Below are positions 9,661-20,757 of a stretch of 57,325 bases of DNA, piece by piece; the first letter of the stretch is position 1; every line of letters starts with the position of its first letter. The position numbers and the translations under genes are program-made. Location of the stretch: positions 1 to 57,325 of the IMG/VR virus record IMGVR_UViG_3300023059_000235; one strand, written 5' to 3'. The notes under the pieces are model-generated. The model saw only the letters and a program-made list of their open reading frames with translations, did not search any database and was not told the origin of the DNA. This DNA is from a virus. Taxonomy: Duplodnaviria; Caudoviricetes.

Positions 9661-12600
9661 CTACCACAGCCCTAATTTAACCCTGACTACATTATTATCG
9701 TCGTAAACTGTTATTAAACTGCCACTTAGAACCATTCGTGCGCCAGTTGGTTTTGCAGGATCTTTATAAGTGGTTAATGTCCCCAACTCACCAGCAATTG
9801 CACTCAATTTATCGACATTAAATAAATCAGCAGTCAATGACTTTACTTTGAAGTTTGCAGCGGTCAAGTTCTTAATAAATACATCACTATTCATAATCAC
9901 TTGATTGTCTTGGATTATGAATGGCATGTACTTAGTTGAAGATGCACCGGTTGTGAAAAAGATTTTATCTGCTTGGAAACCAATTGAACTGATAACGGTT
10001 CCATTCGTTTGCTCACTGACCATAGACATTCCAGAGAACACTCCGTTATTGTCCATACCCATTACATACTTACCCTTCACACCATCGATCAAGTCTGCTT
10101 GTGACTTAAGCTTTATGGCATTTTGGCCGTAAACAGAAACTAATGTTTGTAATGCACCAGCATAAGCACCCACATCAGTTGTATATGTGGTTTTGAAGTT
10201 TTCAAAATCTGCAATATTGTCTGCATCTTCAATATCAATGAAATCAAGATCTACTTCACCTGCCTTACCTGAATAGTTGCCAATAAACACTGGCGTAAAA
10301 AATGCTGCTTTGTTTGCAAATGTTTTTGGACTAAGAAGAGTTCCAGCACCAGCGCTTGCACCCGCCGATCTTCCTTTGAAATAAGCGGTACCAGTAATCC
10401 AAGTACCCAACGCAGGTGCGGTACCAGCAACTAGGTAGTGACTCGAACCTACATCATTAATTTCCGTATTATCTTGAGCTACATATTTTGTCTTCGTTGC
10501 ATTTTGACAAGTTGCACCTACATACACTACGCCTGTACCACTTACACGGCGGAATCTATACTTCACTCGATAGTATTTGCTGTCATCAATAGGTAAAGAG
10601 GCAAACCAATTTATCCAAGTTTCATCATTTCCACTATTGTTACCAATACGGAGCGCGTATCCTCCACGACATGTAGCATCCGCCACAATTGTCATTTCAG
10701 CTTTATTACCACTTGGCGTTTTATTGAGCCAATCTTTAAACCAAGTATCCAGCACCGAAGCCATAATTTTTTGACTGTTCGCTGAATATAACGCTGTCAT
10801 CCGTTCAGTTGATGAGGCTATAGCTTCATTAGTTTTTGATGAAGTCAGGTAATCACGTTCTAAGGTTGCTTTAGTCGTTGCGGCTAGATCTTTTGCATCA
10901 GCTGCAGCTTTATTTAAGTATTCATTTACTGCCTTATCTAAATTAGCAACTTCAGTGTAGAAGATGTTAATCCTTCCCTTTAAAGAGTCACGTTGAGCTG
11001 AAGTTAATGTAGTTTTAGTGGTAGTTGTGGAAATAATATCAGTGAAAAATTTAGGAGATACATTATTCAAGTTATCCCAAGCTGTCTGAGCTGCCATAAC
11101 AGAAATACCCCACGGATTAGCTAAGTTCAGCAACCGGTTAAAATTAGACTCCATATCTTTATAGCTATTATACAAAGCAGATTTTTCAGTTGGTGTAATA
11201 ACTAAATCTGACATTACATCATCAGCTATTTGCTTACCAGCAGCAGCATTTGCAGTTACCGTAGCAGATAATACGCCGTTAACTTTAACAGTGTCAGCTG
11301 AAGTATTTTCAGATGTAATATCCCCTACTTTTGTCCAATCTGAGGCGGTAAATGCACCAGATGTACGCCCAACTGTTGCAACTGAAACAGTGGTACCATT
11401 TTTCCAGATATCCCCTTGTGCATAAGGAATAGTAGGCTGAGCAGTAAATGTTTTTGATTTACTGTTTGCACTGTTTTGAGCGCTATCTGCAAGACTTTTA
11501 GCTTTTTCAGAGATTAAGCGCACTAGCTCTTGCCGTGCATTATGAACATTCGCAAAATTAGTAATAAATTGGTTACGATCAATAGTACTGGTCATATTCA
11601 TGTTGGCAAATAAAGCGGCCAAATAGGTATTTAACGTACTAAAAGCTGTAGCATAAGCGGTCGAAGATATCCCATAAGTAACTGCTTCAGCTCTTAAGTT
11701 CGTATCAGTTTGATAAAGCGAATCCCAAACTAACTTACCCTGCTTTTTCTCTACAGGTGTGAGTTTATTATCAGCTGCAATATCACTTAACTGGGCCATA
11801 GGAATATCAACTTTGGCTTGTGATCCTGCAGTCGTTTCCATTGCAGAAGTGACTGTAAACGGAGTTACTGATTTATAAACAGATAAATCCGTTTCAATTG
11901 CCGCTGACCAGCCATCTTTGAAATAATCTGGTGGATTAGTATGCGTAATTGTTGCTGTTTCAACAGTAATTGCAGGATATGACCAAGCATCCTTTTTAGT
12001 GATTAAAATGCATACCTTATTGTTGCTATCTAAAGCTAAAGCCAATCCTTTTGTTATTGCATTCGTTTCATCAACGGTGATACCAAAAGAACGTGCAGTC
12101 ATATTTTGGTAAAAAGGTGTAGTGGATGTATATGCATAAAATGCTAGATCCATATCAAATGTATTATCTTCTTTGTTATTGTAGTTATAACCAGAGATTT
12201 TAATCTTTGTCATGTACGCGTTGATAGTGATTGGCGTTTTAATGACTAATGTGCCAGTAGTTGTAATTGCCTGCCGCCAAGTTAAAGGTTTAGCAAAAAT
12301 CTTGCCCCCACCTGAACCAAGTGGCTGCACACTCATAGCACTAGTATATTCTGAAGTAAGTTTCTGAGATGACGCAGCAATTGCTCTATCGATAGTTGTA
12401 TTAGTGATATCAGCATTCAAAATATAAGCGCTGTTTTTACTATCTAACTTTGAAGACATCTCAACTAACTTGGCTGCCCATGATTCTTTAAAATTTGTTA
12501 GGGTTGAAATTGAATCCGTAGCTGTAGAAACAAAATCTTGTAATGTCGGGTCGGCCGAAGCGTAATCAGTTACGTCATATTGCTCAATTTGAGCTAATGT

Positions 12601-15600
12601 CCAAACTAAGGGAGCAGTTGCTGTAGGAGTAGATCCTCCTGCCACATAAACATGTCCTGAATTTGAGAAAGTACCTGCAGCGCCGCATTTGATCAGTCGA
12701 ATGTAAGTTTCAAATTTACCTGTCCCTTCAGCACTACCTACAAATCGTTCTATTGCGCCTGTACCCATTGAGTTACCAGCGATTACCAACTTATATCCAA
12801 TAGGTAATTTGATTAAATACTTAATGACAAATACAGCATTAGCGCGACCATAAACAAGCTGAAAGAAACCACCGTAAGTAGGATTTGCAGCTCCAATAGT
12901 TTTAATTTCTATCTCATGAGTCGAAGTAGTTGGATTATCTGAACTCTTAGCAACACGTGTGACTGAAACATTACCATTTGCAGCATTGTTATAAAGTCCT
13001 ACACCATTGACACCCTTTTTAAAATTAACGTCTCCCTGCAGCAATTTTCCATTCGTAATCATCATTGCCAGCATTGTTGTGTTCTCTAATGCCGAACCAA
13101 GATTGTTAGTACTTGTTTGTAACTGTGAAATATCAGTATTTCGAAGAGTTGCGAGATCTTGTGAAGTTTGGTCAGCTGTAGCTTTTGTAGTTTTCACTAC
13201 TGTAGATAATCCACCAGGTACACCCGCATCATATTGTTGAATCTGCTGAGCAATAACGCCTTTATTTGCATCTGCTTTGATAAAGGTATCTTCTACAAAC
13301 TGTGCATTTTGCTTAAGAGAAGATCTAAAACCTCCTTTAAAATTAGGTGCAGAATTACCTCGGCTGATAAACATATTAGTAATAGTAAAAGTTCCACCAG
13401 ACGGTGCATTATCAAAGCGTAATCCTAATGGAATTGCTTCAAATGCAGTAGCTTTTACATCAGATGGGAAAATACCTGTCAATTCTATTTCACCGCTTGC
13501 AGCAACTATAAATGTTGGCAATCCAATGCTGTAAGTTGCACCATGAAATTGAATGCTACATGTCGCCCCCACTAATCCAGCAGCAGCTGTATATTTGATT
13601 CGCGCAACTACCGGATCACCTTTATCGATAGGAATTTCTTTATGTTTGTATTGAAGTTCCCAAACAGCAACTGTTCTATTTGTTCCTGTTGCGATACTTA
13701 AATTTTTCGTATCATCACCAAGTAAAATCCAGTTCTCTTCGGAATACCGTAAAATATCTAATTGTGCTTTAAAGACCTTAATTTCTTCTGCAAATACTTC
13801 TTTCGCATCAGAGCGAGTGATCTTTTCTTGAAGAATTTGAGCGTGGTTTTCTAAAACCTTTTGTAGGTTACCGCTGTTATTTGCTAGACCAATTGGAATA
13901 CCACTAACTACCTGAACAGCTAGCATGATTTGTTTAGCACCATTTGGACCTGTATCTGGCGTCGAATGTAATTCGATACCTCGACCAGACCCAATCCCTT
14001 TTTGCCCTATCAAAATGTAAGCATCACGCCCAGTGATTTGATCAATTGTAAATGGGTTTGCACCAAGTGAAATTAATGCATTTTTTACGGTAGCAATATT
14101 TACTCCTATACTGTCGTAGTTTGTGACAATAACAAAGGTATCATTTGGAATTGCCGCGATAGCATTACTCATCGCCGTAGCATTTGTGATAGCTGCATAT
14201 GTATCGTATCGAGTGGAAGTAGCAATTGACCCGTCTGCAGCAAGAACATGAACTGAAAAACCACGAGCTGAAGCAACAGATTTAATTTCACCTTTTAGAT
14301 TTTTGATACCTGTGAAAAAGCCATTCCAACCACATGAATAAACACGATAGTTAAAAACCTGTCCTAAATCTTGGTTTAATTGCTTGTAACCTGATTCTAA
14401 ATTTGTGATTGATTGTGTCGTGTTTTGCTGGTTATCACTAATGGTTGAGTTAATTTCTTGAAACTTACCATCAGCAGATAATTTATTATTATCGACCGCA
14501 GATTTTAAAGTTACATAATTTTCAGAAATGGATGCAATTTGTTCACCATTCTTTTTTACATCTGCCTTGGTACCTTCTATTGCAGTCGCATTAGCCTCTA
14601 ACCCTTTTTCAAGTTCACGAGGATTTTTTCTAAAACCAGTTGCTAACTCACCCTTTTCAATTTGTACTTCTCGAATTAAAAAATCAGGTGCAAAACCAAC
14701 TTGAGCATACAGAATCACATTAATATATTGTAAATCAATAAGATTAGTATCAAATGTATAAGTACATAACATTTCTTTATCGGTAGAAATATTATTCCAT
14801 GTAGTACCAATTTGATTATTGCTACCCGCCGCATCTCGACGATGGAGGATCAGTAAAATTTGTGTTTGAGCTGCTGTTAAAGATTTAGCTTTAAACGACA
14901 ACGTGTACTTTTGGTTCGCTTCTAAACCTTCAGCTAAAGTAATAGTCTCAATAAAGCCTTTGAAATATGTAGTTGTATTGGTTGATTTAAAATGCCCCCA
15001 AGTAGTTCCATTTGAATCCTTATAAAGTTCAAATAAGCTACCTGCTACTACCGCATTTTGACGCCAATTTGATATTTCAAGTGGCTTAGAGAAATCACCA
15101 TTTTTAATGATATTATCGCCACCACTAGATGAGATAGCGGCTTTGATGATTTTACTTTCCTCTGCAATCGCTTGATTAGTCTCTGTTTTTGTATAACGGG
15201 TGCTATCTAGAGTCGCTGAACTATTGGTCCATAAGTCACCAAACTTTTGTCGGAATTTAGCTTCAAGTGATTCAGTTGCGGCTGAAATTGCTTTCGTAGT
15301 ATCTGACTTACTAGAATAATCAATAAGAATAGATGATTTAACGATAGTGCTATCAATATCAGATTCATTCAAAACTGGTGAAACTTTATAGCCTTGAACT
15401 TCCCACCAACCACTTGTTCCAGTATGGCCCAACGCAATCCCAAAGCGTAGTTGCTGAATAATAGTGTTAGAAGTAAAGTTCGCAACAGTAGAAACGAAAT
15501 ACCAATTTCCATCTTTAGCTGGTAATTGAGCAGCTGGAACACTTACGGCGCTATAGCGAGCTATTGTCCATAAACCATCAGCATAACCATACATAACAGG

Positions 15601-18600
15601 AATGCTTAACGAACCGTTGGAGTCAGAAGAACAACGAACCCAGAAGCTAATACGGTAAGCCCGATCATTAGGGACTGCACTTAAGCTGTAATTAAAGCAG
15701 TTTACAGGAACCGTTGTATCCTTTCGGAAAACGGTATTTGAAATTTTGCCTGATGTAGTCGTTTTGAAGTACTGCTTCATGTCATAGCTATAATGGCTAA
15801 TCCACTTATCAGGGTTCGCTAAATTGTAATCAGGAATTAACGAATCACTATCATTTTCCGCTTTAATAGATTCATCTAATTTGTTCAGTGAAGTATTAAA
15901 GGTCTTAGTTTGTGAAGCTGTAACTTCATCTAATTTTGCATTTGTAGCGTAGTTATTTAGAGCTTGAGCAGTGTTAAAGATATTCTTCTCTACATCTGTC
16001 ATACCAACTTCAAGCTTAGATGTGCGCTGTGCTAATGCATCCCTTTCAGTAACATATGTTTGCTTAAACTCAGTGAGATTAGCAGATACTTGATCAAAAG
16101 CTGCATTAAAGTCATATGGACTCGCAATCCAGCTGTCAGTAGTTATAAATTCCCCTTTAACCAATACGGCCCAGTAAACAGTACCCACACTTTGCTTGTC
16201 TGCAATAGGCTTGTTTAACATATAGAAATGGAGACCTTTCCCAGTACCGGCAGATGTTTTTGTAAAAGTAATTTTGCTAATAATCTTGCCTGCAGTGTTC
16301 AAGACCTGCTGTACAAACTGACTTCCACCACCTGCATAAACAGCTAAATTTGAATTAGTGTCACCATTTCCTCTCGTATGTTCAGCACACCATAAAAGTG
16401 TGTACTTAGCTCCTACTTCCCAGTCTCCCCCCATTTTATAAATATGATGAGGATAAGAAGACCCGTTATATGTACCAACAACATTAGAGTTGATCAATAG
16501 ATTGGTGCCAGCTGGTGCAGACTTGTTTAGATTTGCTGATAAGGTATTTGACTGTTCAGTAACTGCTTTAATTTGTCCAGCTTGTTCTGTTACTTGTGAT
16601 TTTGTCGTTTCTAATGCTTCAGATGAGGCTTTTTTACTTACTTCGGAATTGGTTAAAATGAGGTCATTTCTTAGCTTTGAGATGTCTATACTTTGAGAAG
16701 ACAAGGAATCACCTTGCTTCTTAACATCTGCTTGAGTAACTTTAATTGCCTCAGCATTTGCGCTTAATGAGCTTTGAACATCACGTGGGCTAGGGCTCCA
16801 TGCTGTCGCTTTATTACCAGCTTCAATCTGTAATTTTTGTATTGTGGGGATACGTCCCGTTGTGTAAGTTCCATAAAATTCAATGGTGGATTCCGTTGTA
16901 CTGCCAGTATGTAATTTAGGAAAAACAGTCACTTCATATTTTTGAAATTCATTAGCTTTCGTTGCAGTGACAGGCGTAGAGAAATTATGCGCTGACCCAT
17001 TTGAGGAATACACGAGTACTGCACCTGCAACTGGTACACTCATTTCAAAAGAAATAGTAACCGGCTTATCTAAATTTTCATCATAAAAAGCTTTGAGCTC
17101 TTTACTTCGCTCATACATTAAGTATTCACGACTCGTTGCAGCTGATGAGGTTCTTGGAGCTTCAGAATTGGCAACGACATTGACACCACCAACCTTAATA
17201 TTTTGCACAGCTGCTGTTATGTCCGTTGAAACACGGCTCATTGCACTATCAAGATCACTCTTAGTAACTGTTTTCAATAACGCTTCGGCGTTATTTTTAA
17301 CACCAGTTTCTGTATTCTCTACCCTAGCTTCAAGTTTACTAGTCCGTTCTGCTTCAGCATCTGTGCGATTAGTTGCGGTCTTGAACAAATCATTAGCAGT
17401 TGCAGTTGAATCATTTGCAGAAGCTAAAGAATTGTTATCTTCAATGATAATGAAGTTAAGCTGACTTATACCTGGTTGAGCTGAATAGTTACCAATAAAC
17501 ATTGGCGCATAAAATTCGGCTTGAGCGGGAAATGTACGAGGATTATCTATTGTTCCAAGCCCCGTAGCAGCACCTGTAGACTTTCCTTTCAGATAAAGTA
17601 CAACTTCTTGCCATTCACCTAAAATAGGCTTAACTGCGGACAACAAGTAGTTTGATGAACCCATGTCTGCAGCTAGATTATTTGTAGTTGTCACATACTT
17701 TGTTTGATCTGCGGTTTTACAAGCAACACCTAGATAAATACTTCCTGTTTCGCCAGAAACACGGCGGAATCGTGCGCGAACTCTATAAAGAGTATCTGGA
17801 TTAATTTTTACGAATTCTTTCCAATGAACCCAAGCTTCATCATTGCCGGCATTATTCCCAAGCTCAAGAATATAACCACCCAATGCATTTGCATCTTGAA
17901 TTACTTTAGCTTCACCAGTCGCACGCCAAGTAGTCCAATCTTCAATTCCTTTTGAAGTTACGACAGCACGAACACCAGAAGTCACTTGAGTTTGAGACTT
18001 TAAACTTAATAAATTTTGAGCCAGTGCTTCAGTAGCTTTTACCGCTGTTGTTCCAGTTTGCTGAGCTTCTGCTGCATTATTAAAAGCTAGCTTTGCCACA
18101 TCATCAGTGGACTTAATTGAAGACGTAAGGCCAGATATTTTAGTATTTGTATTATCTTCTAATGTAGATACGCTCTTTTCGACATTGATGATTTGACCTT
18201 GAACTTTTAGATTTTCTTTAGAGATACTAGTATCTAAACTAGAAAATTTTGTAGTTGTTGCCTCTTCAAATTCTGCCAAAGATTCAGTTACTTCTTGAAT
18301 ATTTGCATTTGATTGTCTGTCTGCTTCTTCTAAATCTGCTTTTGTTTGATCAATACGTAAAGATAAAGCCTTATCACCGTCAGATACGGATTTTGTGATA
18401 GTAACTAAATCTGAATCAGTTTTTGTCTTATTGGAATTGTAGTCTGTCTTAAGTTGTTCAAGCTTTTGGGCTTCTGAAACTAATTTATCATCAACAATTT
18501 TAACTGAGGCTTCAACCTTTTCTATGTATGATGCATTACCTGTTACTTGATCACGCCAAGTTTTCGGAATAGTGTCATTTACAGCGGTGACATCCCAAAC

Positions 18601-20748
18601 TTCATATGAAGCAACAATTACATCAACTGGTTTTTCAACAGAAGCAACTGGTGGATTTATACTATTGATCGGTCTGAAATGACCTTGAATTGTCGATCCG
18701 ATATCCGGCCCACACTTGATTACAGAATAGTAAATTTCAAATTTACCCGTTCCTTCTACACTACCAAGAACTTTCAACAATCCACCAGTTCCCAAAGCAT
18801 TGCCATAGGGTTGAAGTTTTAAGCCTACAGGTATTTTAAGGATTTGCTTTACTAAAAAAACTTTATTGGCCGCAGCAGATAGCAACGGTGTATTCGGGAA
18901 CCAGCCCGAACCTAATAAACCTGTAGATCGAATTAGGATTTCATGTGTAGAGGTAGTTGGATTGTCAGCCGACTTCGCTTGGCGTGTATATGTAGAACCA
19001 GCTTGGTTAACATATGCAGTTAAATTATTGGTTTCTTTGAAAGTAGGGTCATCACGGAGAGGTTTACCTAGTGACTGCATTCGAGCTAAATCATTAGCAT
19101 TTAAAATATTAGTATTTGCTGTATCAAGACTTGCTTGCAATTGACCTGTTTTTTCAACAACAGATTTATTTAAATCAACTACAGTTCTTTCAACACTATC
19201 AATAGCAGCCTTATTGTCCCCAATTTGAGACTGAGCTGTACTAATTTGTTCAGTAAGGGCTTTGTCTTGAGCTGCACGAGTTTTAGTTTCTTCTGAAATT
19301 AAGGCGTTTGATTTACCCAATTCATTTTGCATTTCAGAAAACTTAACTTCAAAACTTTGGGTAATTGCTTCCTTATCATTTGATCGTGCTTCAGCTTCAG
19401 CTAGAAAGCCCGCAACGACTTTCTTATCTAAGTCCACATACTGAGCAGCTACTTCATCGACCTTTTTAACAGCAGCTTCTGTCTGATTTACGATTGGTTC
19501 AATTTTCTGATTAATGAGAGTATTAGTTTCGTCACCCAAAGCTACTTTAGCTTCATCAATCATTTGACCAGCTTTAACTAAGTTTTGATCAATATCTTGT
19601 TTAAGAGCAGCCTTAGTTTGGTCTATAACAATTAGTGCTTCAGCAACCTGTTTTTTACGGTCTATAACTTCTTGATCTGCTACTTTTTTTGCATTCTCAG
19701 CGGCTAAGCGAATTTCATCAGAATCACTTCGCACATCAGCAATGATTGAATCAGTTTCTCTTTTGATTAAGCCAATCTTGTCATCAAGATCTTTCTCAGC
19801 ACGTATAGCGCGTTGCTGAGCCTCTGCCACCAATTCCTCATTTACCTGAATTGATTGATCAATACGTTGATTTGCTTCATCTAAGCGAATATTTGCATCA
19901 TTAGCATGCTGTTCAACAATGAGTTTGGTATCAATAATTTCTTGATCAATATAAGCCCGAACTTCATCAACTTTATCTTGTGCAATTTGACCTACTTCTT
20001 TTACTTGGTCATGGATTTTTTGCACTTCTTCATCGATGTGATTAATACCTTCTTCAAGCAATTTATAAGCATCAGAGTCTTTAATATTTTCAATTAACTC
20101 CTCTACTTCTTTTATTTTTTCATCAATTTCTTGGCTTACTTGATCTTTATTTTCATCAATTTTTTCACCTTGTTCTTTTAATTCTTCTTTTAGTTCCTCC
20201 AATTTATCAATTGCATCTTGAAGCGCACCTTGAAATGCTTTGGGATCAATAGGAATTCCAGCAACCGTAAGAGTTGTACCAACGGCCATACTACCCGCAA
20301 CAGCACTATTTCCAGCTACTGAAGTATCTCCTACAACAGTACTATTTCCCGTTAAGGTGCTGTTACCAGTTTGTTGTGTATTGGCTTGTACATTCATCAA
20401 TGGTGTTTTGATCGATACAGTTGTGCCAGAATCTACTTTTAAATTTTCTTTAGAGATAAATTCAATATTGTCTTGTCGAATACGGCGCACACCTACAATC
20501 GCGCCGTCTCCATGACTGACATAACTATGGATTACTGGACGTTCTTCATTGCCATTTTCGAAGAAGACATACACATCTTCTCCGTCAATAATTTGAATTT
20601 CTGTATCTAAGTCACTATCACCTACCGGGTAAGCGAAAGTTGCAGTAATACCTTCGCTTGCTCCATCAGTTAAACCATGAATGTGTACTTGTGCAGTACG
20701 ACCTTTTGCGTTGTAACTTAAAATCTTTGCACGTGTGAAACCATTCAT
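9661..20748 (-). CDS. Giant baseplate spike/central fibre: gp5/GpV OB-fold and beta-helix, coiled coils, several carbohydrate-binding-like modules, ILEI/GG domain, lambda-J-like (DUF1983) C-terminus
   Basis: N-term RAKILSY..AQVHI..GEDVYVFFENGNEERPVI; C-term GKYVMGMDNNG..IGFQADKIFF..PFIIQDNQVIM..VYDDNNVVRVKLGLW; internal duplicated modules. Confidence 0.85.
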   Translation of the reverse strand: MNGFTRAKILSYNAKGRTAQVHIHGLTDGASEGITATFAYPVGDSDLDTEIQIIDGEDVYVFFENGNEERPVIHSYVSHGDGAIVGVRRIRQDNIEFISKENLKVDSGTTVSIKTPLMNVQANTQQTGNSTLTGNSTVVGDTSVAGNSAVAGSMAVGTTLTVAGIPIDPKAFQGALQDAIDKLEELKEELKEQGEKIDENKDQVSQEIDEKIKEVEELIENIKDSDAYKLLEEGINHIDEEVQKIHDQVKEVGQIAQDKVDEVRAYIDQEIIDTKLIVEQHANDANIRLDEANQRIDQSIQVNEELVAEAQQRAIRAEKDLDDKIGLIKRETDSIIADVRSDSDEIRLAAENAKKVADQEVIDRKKQVAEALIVIDQTKAALKQDIDQNLVKAGQMIDEAKVALGDETNTLINQKIEPIVNQTEAAVKKVDEVAAQYVDLDKKVVAGFLAEAEARSNDKEAITQSFEVKFSEMQNELGKSNALISEETKTRAAQDKALTEQISTAQSQIGDNKAAIDSVERTVVDLNKSVVEKTGQLQASLDTANTNILNANDLARMQSLGKPLRDDPTFKETNNLTAYVNQAGSTYTRQAKSADNPTTSTHEILIRSTGLLGSGWFPNTPLLSAAANKVFLVKQILKIPVGLKLQPYGNALGTGGLLKVLGSVEGTGKFEIYYSVIKCGPDIGSTIQGHFRPINSINPPVASVEKPVDVIVASYEVWDVTAVNDTIPKTWRDQVTGNASYIEKVEASVKIVDDKLVSEAQKLEQLKTDYNSNKTKTDSDLVTITKSVSDGDKALSLRIDQTKADLEEADRQSNANIQEVTESLAEFEEATTTKFSSLDTSISKENLKVQGQIINVEKSVSTLEDNTNTKISGLTSSIKSTDDVAKLAFNNAAEAQQTGTTAVKATEALAQNLLSLKSQTQVTSGVRAVVTSKGIEDWTTWRATGEAKVIQDANALGGYILELGNNAGNDEAWVHWKEFVKINPDTLYRVRARFRRVSGETGSIYLGVACKTADQTKYVTTTNNLAADMGSSNYLLSAVKPILGEWQEVVLYLKGKSTGAATGLGTIDNPRTFPAQAEFYAPMFIGNYSAQPGISQLNFIIIEDNNSLASANDSTATANDLFKTATNRTDAEAERTSKLEARVENTETGVKNNAEALLKTVTKSDLDSAMSRVSTDITAAVQNIKVGGVNVVANSEAPRTSSAATSREYLMYERSKELKAFYDENLDKPVTISFEMSVPVAGAVLVYSSNGSAHNFSTPVTATKANEFQKYEVTVFPKLHTGSTTESTIEFYGTYTTGRIPTIQKLQIEAGNKATAWSPSPRDVQSSLSANAEAIKVTQADVKKQGDSLSSQSIDISKLRNDLILTNSEVSKKASSEALETTKSQVTEQAGQIKAVTEQSNTLSANLNKSAPAGTNLLINSNVVGTYNGSSYPHHIYKMGGDWEVGAKYTLLWCAEHTRGNGDTNSNLAVYAGGGSQFVQQVLNTAGKIISKITFTKTSAGTGKGLHFYMLNKPIADKQSVGTVYWAVLVKGEFITTDSWIASPYDFNAAFDQVSANLTEFKQTYVTERDALAQRTSKLEVGMTDVEKNIFNTAQALNNYATNAKLDEVTASQTKTFNTSLNKLDESIKAENDSDSLIPDYNLANPDKWISHYSYDMKQYFKTTTSGKISNTVFRKDTTVPVNCFNYSLSAVPNDRAYRISFWVRCSSDSNGSLSIPVMYGYADGLWTIARYSAVSVPAAQLPAKDGNWYFVSTVANFTSNTIIQQLRFGIALGHTGTSGWWEVQGYKVSPVLNESDIDSTIVKSSILIDYSSKSDTTKAISAATESLEAKFRQKFGDLWTNSSATLDSTRYTKTETNQAIAEESKIIKAAISSSGGDNIIKNGDFSKPLEISNWRQNAVVAGSLFELYKDSNGTTWGHFKSTNTTTYFKGFIETITLAEGLEANQKYTLSFKAKSLTAAQTQILLILHRRDAAGSNNQIGTTWNNISTDKEMLCTYTFDTNLIDLQYINVILYAQVGFAPDFLIREVQIEKGELATGFRKNPRELEKGLEANATAIEGTKADVKKNGEQIASISENYVTLKSAVDNNKLSADGKFQEINSTISDNQQNTTQSITNLESGYKQLNQDLGQVFNYRVYSCGWNGFFTGIKNLKGEIKSVASARGFSVHVLAADGSIATSTRYDTYAAITNATAMSNAIAAIPNDTFVIVTNYDSIGVNIATVKNALISLGANPFTIDQITGRDAYILIGQKGIGSGRGIELHSTPDTGPNGAKQIMLAVQVVSGIPIGLANNSGNLQKVLENHAQILQEKITRSDAKEVFAEEIKVFKAQLDILRYSEENWILLGDDTKNLSIATGTNRTVAVWELQYKHKEIPIDKGDPVVARIKYTAAAGLVGATCSIQFHGATYSIGLPTFIVAASGEIELTGIFPSDVKATAFEAIPLGLRFDNAPSGGTFTITNMFISRGNSAPNFKGGFRSSLKQNAQFVEDTFIKADANKGVIAQQIQQYDAGVPGGLSTVVKTTKATADQTSQDLATLRNTDISQLQTSTNNLGSALENTTMLAMMITNGKLLQGDVNFKKGVNGVGLYNNAANGNVSVTRVAKSSDNPTTSTHEIEIKTIGAANPTYGGFFQLVYGRANAVFVIKYLIKLPIGYKLVIAGNSMGTGAIERFVGSAEGTGKFETYIRLIKCGAAGTFSNSGHVYVAGGSTPTATAPLVWTLAQIEQYDVTDYASADPTLQDFVSTATDSISTLTNFKESWAAKLVEMSSKLDSKNSAYILNADITNTTIDRAIAASSQKLTSEYTSAMSVQPLGSGGGKIFAKPLTWRQAITTTGTLVIKTPITINAYMTKIKISGYNYNNKEDNTFDMDLAFYAYTSTTPFYQNMTARSFGITVDETNAITKGLALALDSNNKVCILITKKDAWSYPAITVETATITHTNPPDYFKDGWSAAIETDLSVYKSVTPFTVTSAMETTAGSQAKVDIPMAQLSDIAADNKLTPVEKKQGKLVWDSLYQTDTNLRAEAVTYGISSTAYATAFSTLNTYLAALFANMNMTSTIDRNQFITNFANVHNARQELVRLISEKAKSLADSAQNSANSKSKTFTAQPTIPYAQGDIWKNGTTVSVATVGRTSGAFTASDWTKVGDITSENTSADTVKVNGVLSATVTANAAAGKQIADDVMSDLVITPTEKSALYNSYKDMESNFNRLLNLANPWGISVMAAQTAWDNLNNVSPKFFTDIISTTTTKTTLTSAQRDSLKGRINIFYTEVANLDKAVNEYLNKAAADAKDLAATTKATLERDYLTSSKTNEAIASSTERMTALYSANSQKIMASVLDTWFKDWLNKTPSGNKAEMTIVADATCRGGYALRIGNNSGNDETWINWFASLPIDDSKYYRVKYRFRRVSGTGVVYVGATCQNATKTKYVAQDNTEINDVGSSHYLVAGTAPALGTWITGTAYFKGRSAGASAGAGTLLSPKTFANKAAFFTPVFIGNYSGKAGEVDLDFIDIEDADNIADFENFKTTYTTDVGAYAGALQTLVSVYGQNAIKLKSQADLIDGVKGKYVMGMDNNGVFSGMSMVSEQTNGTVISSIGFQADKIFFTTGASSTKYMPFIIQDNQVIMNSDVFIKNLTAANFKVKSLTADLFNVDKLSAIAGELGTLTTYKDPAKPTGARMVLSGSLITVYDDNNVVRVKLGLW

Positions 20749-20757
20749 ATATTTAAC

